From Microcoleus sp. (GTDB lineage Bacteria > Cyanobacteriota > Cyanobacteriia > Cyanobacteriales > Microcoleaceae): a stretch of 64,000 nucleotides of DNA. The notes below the pieces were generated by a model. The model ran no database searches, had not been told where the DNA came from, and saw nothing but the letters and a program-made list of their open reading frames with translations. The position numbers and the translations under genes are program-made. Positions 21,549 through 30,902 of the stretch are shown one piece after another; the stretch's first letter is position 1, and each line of letters opens with the position of its first letter. The DNA is taken from assembly GCA_052279835.1 (NCBI GenBank), contig CP181291.1, positions 416,001-480,000 of the forward strand, written 5' to 3'.

Positions 21549-22641
21549 GAATATCATTTTGCTGTAATTCTTCGTCCCGAAAGGGATTGTAGAAAAAAGA
21601 GCCTGTTTGCGGTGGTAATTTGGGGTTGAGTACAATTTCTACTATACTTTTTACTACCCCAGTTAACGGAATTGCCAGGATAACTCCCAATAATCCTCCC
21701 ACTTTACCTCCTAACAGCAAGGCTGTGAAAATAACTACCGGGCTTAATCCTGTGAGATTTCCCATGATGCGAGGAGCTACTAAGTTATCTTTGATTTGCT
21801 GAAGGGAGATCGCCACTGCTAAGACTTGCAGGGCTTGCCACCAATCAATAAATGCTACAATGATACTAACTGCTCCAATGCCCAAAGTTGCACCGATAAA
21901 GGGAATTATTTCTGTTAATCCTATAAATACCGCAAATAACAGGAAAAATGGGACTCGCAACCACCAAAAAGCCAGAGTCAGTGCTGTGGCCATAAATAGT
22001 CCCAGCAGCAACTGTCCCGATACAAAGCGCTGGAGGTTTCGCTGCAAAGTGTCAGTTAAAACATAGCGAATATCTGGGGAAAAAATACTTGTCAAGCCAC
22101 CCCAGACTCTTTGTCCGTCTAGGAGCATATAAAAGGAAATGACGAGAATTAGAATTAAATCCAAAAACCAGTTAACCGTACCGACAACTAAGCCTAAACC
22201 AGTACCCGCGATCGCCTGTACTTGTTCTTGCACTTTAGCAGATAGTTGCTGCTCCAAAATTTCCACGTTAAAAGGCAAATTGCGATCGGCACTCCAAGTT
22301 TGGAATTCACCTAGCTGCTGTCGCCCAGACTCCAGCAATTCCGGGAGTCTAGCCCCCAACTGTCTGGCTTGGCTAAACACCGGTGGTACAATAGTTAAAC
22401 CAATTACTACTAATAACAAACCAGCAGTTAAATAGACCAGGGCCGCAGCTACTCCCCGTGGCAAAAATACTTGCAGTCTTACAACTGCATAATTCAATAA
22501 AAAGGCAATCAGTCCCGCCGTTACCAAAATGCTGACCAGTTCTCCCACATAATTGATAGCAGCTAGGGTAAACCATCCGGTCACTAGCACTAGCAGCCAA
22601 GTGATTAGAAACTGTTGAGCCGGAGAAAAGAGGCTATTCAT
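21544..22641 (-). CDS. AI-2E family transporter (PerM-like)
   Basis: Multi-TM protein; IPFIG, LQQIKDN...PRIMG..TGL.P, G.LGVILAIP. ATG at 22641 abuts the element end. Confidence 0.9.
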   Translation of the reverse strand: MNSLFSPAQQFLITWLLVLVTGWFTLAAINYVGELVSILVTAGLIAFLLNYAVVRLQVFLPRGVAAALVYLTAGLLLVVIGLTIVPPVFSQARQLGARLPELLESGRQQLGEFQTWSADRNLPFNVEILEQQLSAKVQEQVQAIAGTGLGLVVGTVNWFLDLILILVISFYMLLDGQRVWGGLTSIFSPDIRYVLTDTLQRNLQRFVSGQLLLGLFMATALTLAFWWLRVPFFLLFAVFIGLTEIIPFIGATLGIGAVSIIVAFIDWWQALQVLAVAISLQQIKDNLVAPRIMGNLTGLSPVVIFTALLLGGKVGGLLGVILAIPLTGVVKSIVEIVLNPKLPPQTGSFFYNPFRDEELQQNDIQ

Positions 22642-22688
22642 CAGAAAAATGGGTTGGAAACCCCGTCCTTCTAGGACGGCTTTACAAT

Positions 22689-23723
22689 TTAATTTGCAAT
22701 GCGCCACGAGTTGTAGGACAAAAATTTACAATCTGCGGGCGATGCGTTTTGAGTTAGACGCTTGCCAATTTTTAAATCGTGCAAGCTAATTGTTTTTCGG
22801 TACGGGTCTTTCTTTGTTGGAGATTCTTGCCAACCGCCAACGTAACAAAATCCGTATTTAGGGTGTTTAACAATTGAACCGCGCTTAAACCCGATACTAA
22901 TTGTGCCACCATAACGAAGGCGAATATGACCTGTGGAATGTTGCAAGCGATGGAGCTGTCTGCGATGAAACTCAAGGGGAATTACTTCTATTAGCTTGGT
23001 CTTGTCGGGTTGGATCTGTCCTCCCGCGTACCAATTAGCTAACACCCAAGAATCCACGCAGTGAGCCTCAAACTTGTTTGATAGTTTCTGTTTGGACTTG
23101 AGAAGTCCTAAATTTTGACGCAGTTCGTAAGTATCGTTTCCCGATCTAATCTCAAGATGGGCAATCTTTCTAACCTCAGAGTAAAACCAGTGTTTGCCTA
23201 CTTCCAAAGGGCTAAACGATACATTCCACTTGCGTCCGTTTTTTCGGGTTCTTGCTTTGATATCTTCCACAACAATTGTCGATATTGGAAACATCAACGT
23301 TAGCCAGTTAACTATCCTTAACTTCCACTGCCATCTTGCCTTAGTAGATGGAGGGAGCCGATTTTTGTTAACCAACCTGTTAGCTCGGTTTTGACGGCAC
23401 GGTGTGTTCCGAAACCGCCGAGCACGTCGCATATTTCGCCTTACTTCAACATGGTCTTTTACCCAATCAATTGCATGGGTCTGGATGTTTAAGTAGGTAT
23501 GCGATTTGGATTTAACGGTAAATCCTTCGCGTTTGCTACCTGGATCGATGCCAACCGCTATGGGTTGATAGTTGTGGTTTGAAGGCTCTGCATTCAACCT
23601 GACACAAAATACTCCTTTTTTCCAGAAGGGTGTTGCCTTGCCCGATCCTATCCAACGCTTGGCGCGGGCATTGGTAGTCGGCATTAACGGTCTATTTTCA
23701 CTGTTTACAACGGGTACAAACAT
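22689..23723 (-). CDS. isrB: RRXRR/PLMP-domain RNA-guided nickase, IsrB-like (IscB relative without HNH)
   Basis: PLMP motif at residues 12-15, RuvC-I GIDPG, Arg-rich bridge helix RRNMRRARRFR, RuvC-II VVED, RuvC-III HCVD; 344 aa; no HNH Cys/His block. Confidence 0.85.
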   Translation of the reverse strand: MFVPVVNSENRPLMPTTNARAKRWIGSGKATPFWKKGVFCVRLNAEPSNHNYQPIAVGIDPGSKREGFTVKSKSHTYLNIQTHAIDWVKDHVEVRRNMRRARRFRNTPCRQNRANRLVNKNRLPPSTKARWQWKLRIVNWLTLMFPISTIVVEDIKARTRKNGRKWNVSFSPLEVGKHWFYSEVRKIAHLEIRSGNDTYELRQNLGLLKSKQKLSNKFEAHCVDSWVLANWYAGGQIQPDKTKLIEVIPLEFHRRQLHRLQHSTGHIRLRYGGTISIGFKRGSIVKHPKYGFCYVGGWQESPTKKDPYRKTISLHDLKIGKRLTQNASPADCKFLSYNSWRIAN

Positions 23724-23943
23724 TTATGGTAAGTCCTATTTCTAGGTATATATTTCCCTTCGCCACTGACTGCCAAAGTGGTTAAGAACTAGGGAGGCAT
23801 TCTTAACGTTTTGTGAGATACCACTCTCAGGCAGTTCAGTTGGTCTTTTAAAGACGCAGGCTAGACACTGTTTTGGTCTTGAATTTGGAGGGTGGTGAGC
23901 CTTCCTCTTTCAAGCCCCATGCCTTCAGGCTGGGGTTTATGAC
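23724..23943 (-). ncRNA. Putative omega-RNA (HEARO-like) scaffold
   Basis: 220-nt non-coding leader: GTCATAAACCCC...GGGGCTTG, AATGCCTCCCTAGTT, GGCGAAGGGAA. Position and motifs are those expected upstream of iscB/isrB. Confidence 0.72.
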
Positions 23944-24325
23944 TGGGATTTTTGTCAATTAAACTGGCACAATTTTTGGGGTATATGTGCCATATTCTAC
24001 ACTAAACATCGGAAATATAAACTAACAATAATAATCAGTTCCCCATGAGAATTACCGGATTATTGATGAGTTGGTGAGAGCCAAACGGCTCCTCGAAACA
24101 GAAGTTAGGGCGATCGACTCCCTCTGACAATCCAGAATTCACCTACAAGCTTCCCATCCGTGCAGTCATTTTCTCGAAGGCGGCCACCCAAAATTAGGCC
24201 GCAGTCATCCAAAGGGAGGACGCGGTACTGTTGACCTCCTCCGTTACAATGAGATAGATATTAAGAACGCAATCTTTCTTTACAATATAAAAAACCAAAG
24301 GCTGATACCGGCGGGAGGAACTACT

Positions 24326-26116
24326 GTGACGCATCCAATTATTTCAGAAGCGGAAGAAACGCAACCCCTTCATCACCTACACCCCAATCGCGATCGCAAC
24401 GAAGCGGCGATCGTGTACGAAGATAGGATCGAAGACGAGTCTCGCCGGAAATTCGCCTCTGAGGAAGATGAACGCGAAATTTCTCTTTTAGTTCCAGAAA
24501 TGGATAGCGAGGAACCAGCAGTTTGGGAAGGGGAAGAAAGAGCATCTGCGCCCAGCAAAGGCATCAAGTGGCCAGGGGTGTTGGCAGGGGTAGGCATTGG
24601 GGTAGCTGCTACACTAGCGGCAGTGCACCTGATCCAACGCCCCAGTGCACCTCCGGCTGCTCCCGCAAAAGCGGCAACGATAGCACCGATCGCTCAGACT
24701 GTGACAGTGGCACCGGTGGAATCGGCTCAGGTGACTCAAACTCTAGAAGCAACGGGCACTGTAGCCCCCTACGATTTACTGCCGGTACTCCCACAAGCTA
24801 ATGGCTTGCAAATCAAGCAGGTGTTGGTGGCGGAAGGAGATAGGGTAGAAAAGGGTCAGGTGATGGCGGTTTTGGATGACTCGGTGTTGCGATCGCAAAT
24901 TTCCGAAGCTGTTGCTAAAGTACAATCTGCCAATTCTACCGTAGAACAAGCCCAAGCTCAGGTGCAGCAAGCCCAGTCTACCCAAGAAGAAGCCGAAGCC
25001 GGCGTTGCTCAAGCTCAGGCTGGCGTGGAAAAAGCCATCGCTGACGCAGAGCAAGCCAAAACAGGTGTCGGCCAAGCTCAAGCTGGTGTCGGCCAAGCTA
25101 AAGCTGGTGTTAATCAAGCTAGAGCGGGCATTGCTTCTGCTCAGGCTAAATTAGAACAGGCCCAAAGAGAGGTAAATCGTACCCAAGATTTGGCATCTCA
25201 GGGAGTAATTAGTCAGCAAGAATTAGAAAGACGTAAAACAGAGCAGCAAACGGCTGTTCAAGATTTGAACAAAACTAAAGCTGATTTAAATCGAGCTTTG
25301 GAAGAACAAAATAAAGCAGCGGAAGAAGTGCGATCGGCTCTTGCTAAAGTAGCGAATGCGGTGGCTAATATCAATACAGCTAAGGCAGCCCTCAGCAGTG
25401 CTCGTGCGAAAGTGAATACGGCGGGTTCAAGTGTCAGCAGCGCTAGAGCCAATGTCGGAAACAATGCTGCTACTGTTCGTAGCAATGATGCGCGAGTCAA
25501 ACAGTTACAAACTCAATTAGAACAAACTGTAGTTCGCGCACCAGATAGCGGCACGGTGGCTGAAAGAATTGGTAGAGTTGGGGATGTTTCTTCTGGTAGC
25601 CAAAAACTGTTTTCGATTATTCGGGGAAACAAGCTGGAATTGCAATTGAAAGTGCCGGAAACTCAACTTTCCCAGGTACGCCCTGGCACCGCCGTCAATA
25701 TTACTTCTGATTCTGACAAGCGGATTAAATTAGCAGGAACTGTGCGAGATATTTCGCCTCTGGTTGACCCTCAAAATCGCCAAGCTACAGTGAAAATAGA
25801 TTTGCCTGAAAGTGATTTTTTGCGATCGGGAATGTTTTTGCGGGCTGCGATTGCGACAGCAACGGCTCAAGGTTTGAAGGTTTCGGCTAAGGCTATTTTA
25901 CCGCAAGCTGATGGTGGTGCTGTGGTTTATAAATTGGTTGGTGAGGATAAAGTGCAGGCTCAATCTGTGGAGGTTGGGGCAATTTCTGGGGGGGCTGTTG
26001 GTGATTTGACTAATGCTAAGGTGGAGATTAAAAAGGGTTTGAAGGTTGGCGATCGCGTGGTTGTTGCTGGGGCTGGTTATCTCAAGGATGGCGATCGGGT
26101 TAAGGTGGTTCAATAG
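24326..26116 (+). CDS. RND efflux periplasmic adaptor (HlyD/MFP) with long coiled coil
   Basis: GLQIKQVLV.EGD.V.KGQ lipoyl-like half, long AQA-rich helix, VRAPDSG.V.ER; upstream of an AcrB-like gene. Confidence 0.92.
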   Translation: MTHPIISEAEETQPLHHLHPNRDRNEAAIVYEDRIEDESRRKFASEEDEREISLLVPEMDSEEPAVWEGEERASAPSKGIKWPGVLAGVGIGVAATLAAVHLIQRPSAPPAAPAKAATIAPIAQTVTVAPVESAQVTQTLEATGTVAPYDLLPVLPQANGLQIKQVLVAEGDRVEKGQVMAVLDDSVLRSQISEAVAKVQSANSTVEQAQAQVQQAQSTQEEAEAGVAQAQAGVEKAIADAEQAKTGVGQAQAGVGQAKAGVNQARAGIASAQAKLEQAQREVNRTQDLASQGVISQQELERRKTEQQTAVQDLNKTKADLNRALEEQNKAAEEVRSALAKVANAVANINTAKAALSSARAKVNTAGSSVSSARANVGNNAATVRSNDARVKQLQTQLEQTVVRAPDSGTVAERIGRVGDVSSGSQKLFSIIRGNKLELQLKVPETQLSQVRPGTAVNITSDSDKRIKLAGTVRDISPLVDPQNRQATVKIDLPESDFLRSGMFLRAAIATATAQGLKVSAKAILPQADGGAVVYKLVGEDKVQAQSVEVGAISGGAVGDLTNAKVEIKKGLKVGDRVVVAGAGYLKDGDRVKVVQ

Positions 26117-26118
26117 TT

Positions 26119-26432
26119 ATTAGTCATTAGTCAGCAGTCATTAGTCATTAGTCATTAGTCAGTAGTCATTAGTCATTAGTCATTAGTTAGTAGCGGTGCC
26201 CTGAGCGTAGTCGAAGGGTCATTAGTCATTAGTCATTAGTCATTAGTCATTAGTCAGTAGTCAGTAGTCATTAGTCATTAGTCATTAGTCATTAGTTAGT
26301 AGCGGTGCCCTGAGCGTAGTCATTAGTCATTAGTCATTAGTCATTAGTCAGTAGTCAGTAGTCAGTAGTCATTAGTCATTAGTCATTAGTTAGTAGCGGT
26401 GCCCTGAGCGTAGTCGAAGGGTCATTAGTCAG
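26119..26432. repeat. TCATTAG heptamer arrays with 3 copies of GCGGTGCCCTGAGCGTAGTC
   Basis: Read directly. Confidence 0.9.
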
Positions 26433-26613
26433 TAAGTGTAAGGTGCGGACTTCGCACCCTACAGTATTACTTTTTTTGAACGAACCGCGAAGGTGCAAAG
26501 GACGCAAAGGAAGAGAAGAAAGAAGAGAGAAAGCGGAAGAAAGCAGGAACTGTATTACCAATGCTCTTCGGCCCAATGCCCAATCCCCCATTCCCCATTC
26601 CCCATTCCCCATT

Positions 26614-29600
26614 ATGTCTTTTAATATTTCAGCTTGGTCGATCAAACAACCAGTTCCTACTATTGTCTTATTCTTAATTTTGACAATAGGTGGTTTATTA
26701 TCTTTTCCGGTTTTGGGCATTGACGATTCGCCGAATATCGATGTTCCTTCAGTTTCGATATCTGTTAGCCAACCGGGGGCAGATCCAGCGGAACTGGAAT
26801 CTCAAGTTACGAAAAAGGTCGAAGATGCAGTTGCTGGTTTGGGTAATATTGACCACATTATCTCCACCGTTAATGATGGTGCTTCCAATACTACAGTTAA
26901 CTTTCTCTTGGGTACTAATAGCGATCGCGCTACCAATGATGTCCGCAATGCGATCGCCCAAATTCGCCAAAGTCTGCCCCAAGATATTAACGATCCTGTA
27001 GTCAAGCGGGTTGAGTTTGCCGGCAGTTCCATTATGTCCTATGCTGTGGTTTCCCAGCGTCAATCTGTAGAACAGTTAAGCGACTTAATCGACCAAAACA
27101 TCAGCCGCGTCCTCCTCTCGGTAAAAGGTGTGGCTCAAGTGCAGCGGATTGGAGGTAGAGACAGGGATATTCGTGTTGATTTGAACCCTGAACAACTGAA
27201 AAGTCTTGGGATTACAGCTACCCAAGTTAATGACCAAATTCGCAATTTTAATATCAATTTACCAGGTGGGCGCACGGAAATTGGTAACTCAGAGCAAACT
27301 ATTCGCACCCTCGGTAGTGCCAAAACTCTGGATGAACTCAAAACCTATAAAATTACTTTACCTAAAGGTGATTTTGTGCCTCTCACCAGTTTAGGAGAAG
27401 TGACTGAGGGCTATGCAGAGGCGCGTCAGGCGGCGCGACTTAATGGCAAACCTGTAGTGGCTTTTTCCATCCTCCGCAGTACCGGCAGCACTCTGGTAAC
27501 TGTAGAAGAAGCAGTGCGGGAAACAGTGAAAAAATTGGAAAAGACTTTGCCGCCTGATGTCAAGTTGGAGCTTATTTATACCCTAGCAGACCACATACGC
27601 GATTCCTATGAAGCTTCTGTTGATGCTTTGGTTTTGGGGGCTGGTTTAGCAATAGTAACTATTTTAATTTTTCTGCGGGACTGGCGAGCTACTTTGATTG
27701 CTGCTGTGGCGCTACCGCTGTCGGCAATTCCTACTTTTGCGGTGCTCCGACTTTTGGGCTATACCCTTAACGGGATGACTTTGTTGGCCTTGGCGCTGGT
27801 GGTGGGAGTATTGGTAGATGATGCGATCGTGGAAATTGAAAATATCGAACGCCACGTCGGGATGGGAAAAACTCCCTATCAAGCTGCTTTAGATGCTTCT
27901 GATGAAATTGGTTTGGCCGTTGTTGCTACTACGATGACAATTGTTGCGGTATTTGCACCAGTGGCTTTTATGCCGGGAATTCCGGGTCAGTTTTTTCGAC
28001 CTTTTGGGGTGACAGTTTCCGCTTCGGTTTTATTTTCACTGCTGGTAGCCCGCACCGTGACTCCGATGATGGCTGCTTATTTATTTAAGGATAAAGCACA
28101 CCATCAACAACAGTTAAAAAAAGACCAATTATCCTATCAGTATCGACGGCTTTTAATCTGGTCGCTGAAACATCGGGCGATCGTCCTAATTTTAGGTTTA
28201 GCTTTGTTTTTTGGCAGCGTTCAGTTAATACCTTACATTCCCACTGGGTTTATCGATCGCGATGATACAGGACTTTCGACTGTCTCCATTGAACTGCCTC
28301 CCGGTTCTACTTTACAGCAAACGGATGTAGCAGTAGAACAGGCAACTAAACTGTTACTCACCCATCCTGCGGTGGAAAGTGTTTTAGAGACAGAAGGTTC
28401 TCCCACCGTTTCTGGTGGTGCCGGTGGGGGTACTGCCCGTGCTAGTGGTGTGAATACAGGTACTCTTTATGTCAAACTCAAACCCGCGAACAAACGGATT
28501 AAGCAACAGCAGTTTGAAGAAGAAATGCGGCCGAAACTGACGGATGTTCCCGGTGTGCGGCTCAGTTTTTCCCAAGGGCGAGTGGGGGGGAGAAAGCAAA
28601 TGTCGATCGTCCTTAAAAGCGAAAATGCTCCTGCTTTGACAAAAACAGCCCTCGATCTTACTCAACAAATGAGTCAGGTGACAGGATTGATTGAGGTGCA
28701 ATCTACCGCGAGTTTGGTGAAGCCAGAAATCTTGGTCAAACCTGACCCAAATCTGGCGGCGGATCAGGGTGTATCTGTACAACAAATTGCTCGCACTGCA
28801 TCTTTGGCAACCATTGGAGATATTGACTCGAATTTGGCTAAGTTCGATTTGCCAGATAGACAAATTCCGATTCATGTGATGTTAGCACCACAGTTTCGCA
28901 GCGATGTTGAAACAATTAAGAGTCTCCAAGTACCGGGTAAAAATAATACTTTGGTGCCTTTGAGGGCAGTGGCTGATATTGCTTTGGGTAGCGGGCCTTC
29001 TCAGATCGATCGCTATGACAGAGCTCGCCAAGTTTCTGTAGAGGGCAATTTGTTGCCCGGTACTACTTTGGGAGAAGCTTTGGCTGCGGTGAAAAAACTG
29101 CCGGCAATGAATCCTCTGCCGCCTGGGGTGGAACAGGAATCTTCAGGAGATGCCAAGGTGATGCAGGATATCTTCAGTGGTTTTGCGGGGGCTTTGGGAA
29201 CGGCGGTTTTGTTTATTTATGCTGTGTTGGTGTTGCTGTTTGCGAATTTTCTGCATCCGATAACTATTATGGCAGCCCTACCTTTGTCGATCGGGGGTGC
29301 TTTGCTGGGGCTGCTGGTGGGCCAGAAGTCTTTGGGGCTCTACGCTTTGATTGGGATAGTTTTGCTGATGGGAATTGTGACGAAAAACTCGATTTTGTTG
29401 GTGGATTACGCGATTCTGAATCAGAAGGAAGGAAAGCCGATGTATGAAGCGACGCTGGAATCTGGGGTGGCGCGCTTGCGGCCGATTTTGATGACAACCA
29501 TCGCCATGATTGCTGGGATGGTCCCCATCGCCCTGGGACTTGGTGCCGGTTCTCAGGTGCGCAGCCCGATGGCGATGGCGGTAATTGGCGGTTTGATGAC

Positions 29601-29733
29601 TTCCACTCTCTTGACTTTGGTGGTGATTCCGGTGATTTTTACCTATATGGATGGTTTCCAAATCTGGATTTTTAATCGGGTGCGGGGTAACAAGGAAAAA
29701 GGCAAGAAAGTGCGATCGTCTATTCGTTTGTAG
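26614..29733 (+). CDS. RND efflux permease (AcrB/AcrD/AcrF family)
   Basis: MSFNISAWSIK.PVPT, GVLVDDAIVEIEN, GIVTKNSILLVD, RLRPILMTT. Confidence 0.96.
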   Translation: MSFNISAWSIKQPVPTIVLFLILTIGGLLSFPVLGIDDSPNIDVPSVSISVSQPGADPAELESQVTKKVEDAVAGLGNIDHIISTVNDGASNTTVNFLLGTNSDRATNDVRNAIAQIRQSLPQDINDPVVKRVEFAGSSIMSYAVVSQRQSVEQLSDLIDQNISRVLLSVKGVAQVQRIGGRDRDIRVDLNPEQLKSLGITATQVNDQIRNFNINLPGGRTEIGNSEQTIRTLGSAKTLDELKTYKITLPKGDFVPLTSLGEVTEGYAEARQAARLNGKPVVAFSILRSTGSTLVTVEEAVRETVKKLEKTLPPDVKLELIYTLADHIRDSYEASVDALVLGAGLAIVTILIFLRDWRATLIAAVALPLSAIPTFAVLRLLGYTLNGMTLLALALVVGVLVDDAIVEIENIERHVGMGKTPYQAALDASDEIGLAVVATTMTIVAVFAPVAFMPGIPGQFFRPFGVTVSASVLFSLLVARTVTPMMAAYLFKDKAHHQQQLKKDQLSYQYRRLLIWSLKHRAIVLILGLALFFGSVQLIPYIPTGFIDRDDTGLSTVSIELPPGSTLQQTDVAVEQATKLLLTHPAVESVLETEGSPTVSGGAGGGTARASGVNTGTLYVKLKPANKRIKQQQFEEEMRPKLTDVPGVRLSFSQGRVGGRKQMSIVLKSENAPALTKTALDLTQQMSQVTGLIEVQSTASLVKPEILVKPDPNLAADQGVSVQQIARTASLATIGDIDSNLAKFDLPDRQIPIHVMLAPQFRSDVETIKSLQVPGKNNTLVPLRAVADIALGSGPSQIDRYDRARQVSVEGNLLPGTTLGEALAAVKKLPAMNPLPPGVEQESSGDAKVMQDIFSGFAGALGTAVLFIYAVLVLLFANFLHPITIMAALPLSIGGALLGLLVGQKSLGLYALIGIVLLMGIVTKNSILLVDYAILNQKEGKPMYEATLESGVARLRPILMTTIAMIAGMVPIALGLGAGSQVRSPMAMAVIGGLMTSTLLTLVVIPVIFTYMDGFQIWIFNRVRGNKEKGKKVRSSIRL

Positions 29734-29841
29734 TGACGAATTCAGTCCTATTCAATGCTCTGTGTCCTCTGTGTTCTAGTAAGGTTAAATAATTCCCTAG
29801 TGCGGCGATCGGCTAAATGCTATCCTATTCACAATCCGCTC

Positions 29842-29989
29842 ATACCAATTTTTTATGAGGCTGCTCCCGAATCTGATCCCCCCTAGCCCCCCTTAATAAG
29901 GGGGGGACAAGATGCTTCTCAAAGTTCTCGTTATTAAGGGGGATGCGAGGGGGATCGAGATCTGTGCAACGACCCATTAAATTGGTATA
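29842..29989. mobile_element. MITE-like element (TIR ATACCAATT / AATTGGTAT)
   Basis: Near-identical copy at 58483-58677. Confidence 0.7.
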
Positions 29990-30048
29990 ATTCGGTTTAT
30001 TGCCCTCGGATTCCTGCGCGACCACCATCTCAAATAAGTTGACATTTT

Positions 30049-30534
30049 ATGAGTATTATGATAGCAATTAATGCCGAGCAGATCGACAATTTAGATTTGT
30101 CTCCGGTACAGACAGTAATTGACCAGTGGCTAGCAGCAGGGGCGATCGCCCAAAACGAACAACAGCTACAATTTGAAATAGAGTACCCGCGCGAAGATTT
30201 AGATCCGCGAGAAATTTCCGAAATCCCAGAGGTTCGGCTGTGGTTTATTCGCTTAGATGCTTATTATCCTTGGCTCCCCTTTCTGCTAGATTGGAAAGTC
30301 GGAGAATTAGCCCGCTATGCCGCCATGTTGGTGCCGCATCAGTTCCACCGCACCGAAGGAATTCAGTACAATCCTGAAGCTTTGGAAATGTTTTTGATGC
30401 ACAAAATTTTTGTATTAACTGATTGGTTACATCAACAAGGAATTCCTAGCAAATCGAAGTTGATGTCGATGTCGCAAATCTTGGGCTATGACTTGGATGA
30501 TGCTTTTTTTGATGTGATTTTACCCCAGAAATAG
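30049..30534 (+). CDS. CRR6-family NDH maturation factor (DUF1817)
   Basis: DPRE.SEIPEVRLWFIRLDA.YPWLP, RYAAMLVPHQF...EGI.YNPEALE. Confidence 0.88.
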   Translation: MSIMIAINAEQIDNLDLSPVQTVIDQWLAAGAIAQNEQQLQFEIEYPREDLDPREISEIPEVRLWFIRLDAYYPWLPFLLDWKVGELARYAAMLVPHQFHRTEGIQYNPEALEMFLMHKIFVLTDWLHQQGIPSKSKLMSMSQILGYDLDDAFFDVILPQK

Positions 30535-30902
30535 CCGATCGCACATCTAGTTTGCCCAAAATTATTTTTTCCCACCTAGAATATTAGACCAGCCACCAGA
30601 ATTAGCTCGGCACACAGATGAGTATCGGCGGTTGCTACGGGAAACCCCAAACACCAATCATTCTTTGTTCTAGTTGGAAGCCCCAACTAGAGCCAAGGTC
30701 TGTTCGGGCATTACCCTGAAATCATGTAGTGTAACTATAGTTTACAATTAAGTAGTAAAGCCAAAAACACGGAAAAAAAATTTATTGATTCCGCGTCATG
30801 GAAATCCAGCCTGTTCCCCTCTTGATAAGGCGGTTGAAGCCGCCCGTGTCGCTTTTATCTCAGGTCTTTAGACACTGAGTTTCCCGCATACCGATTTTTA
30901 TT

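Larger units (their letters stand above)
22642..23943 (-). mobile_element. Non-autonomous IS200/IS605-type OMEGA element (IsrB)
   Basis: Subterminal hairpins CCCCAGCCTGAAGGCATGGGG and GCCGTCCTAGAAGGACGGGG; no TnpA gene. Confidence 0.8.

Noticed and set aside
22689..23723. RRXRR protein as TnpB, Cas9 or IscB
   Set aside because: It has a PLMP N-terminus, no TnpB C-terminal zinc finger, no HNH and no CRISPR array.
26119..26432. CRISPR-like appearance of the repeated GCGGTGCCCTGAGCGTAGTC unit
   Set aside because: The intervening sequence is TCATTAG tandem repeat rather than unique spacers, and there are no cas genes.
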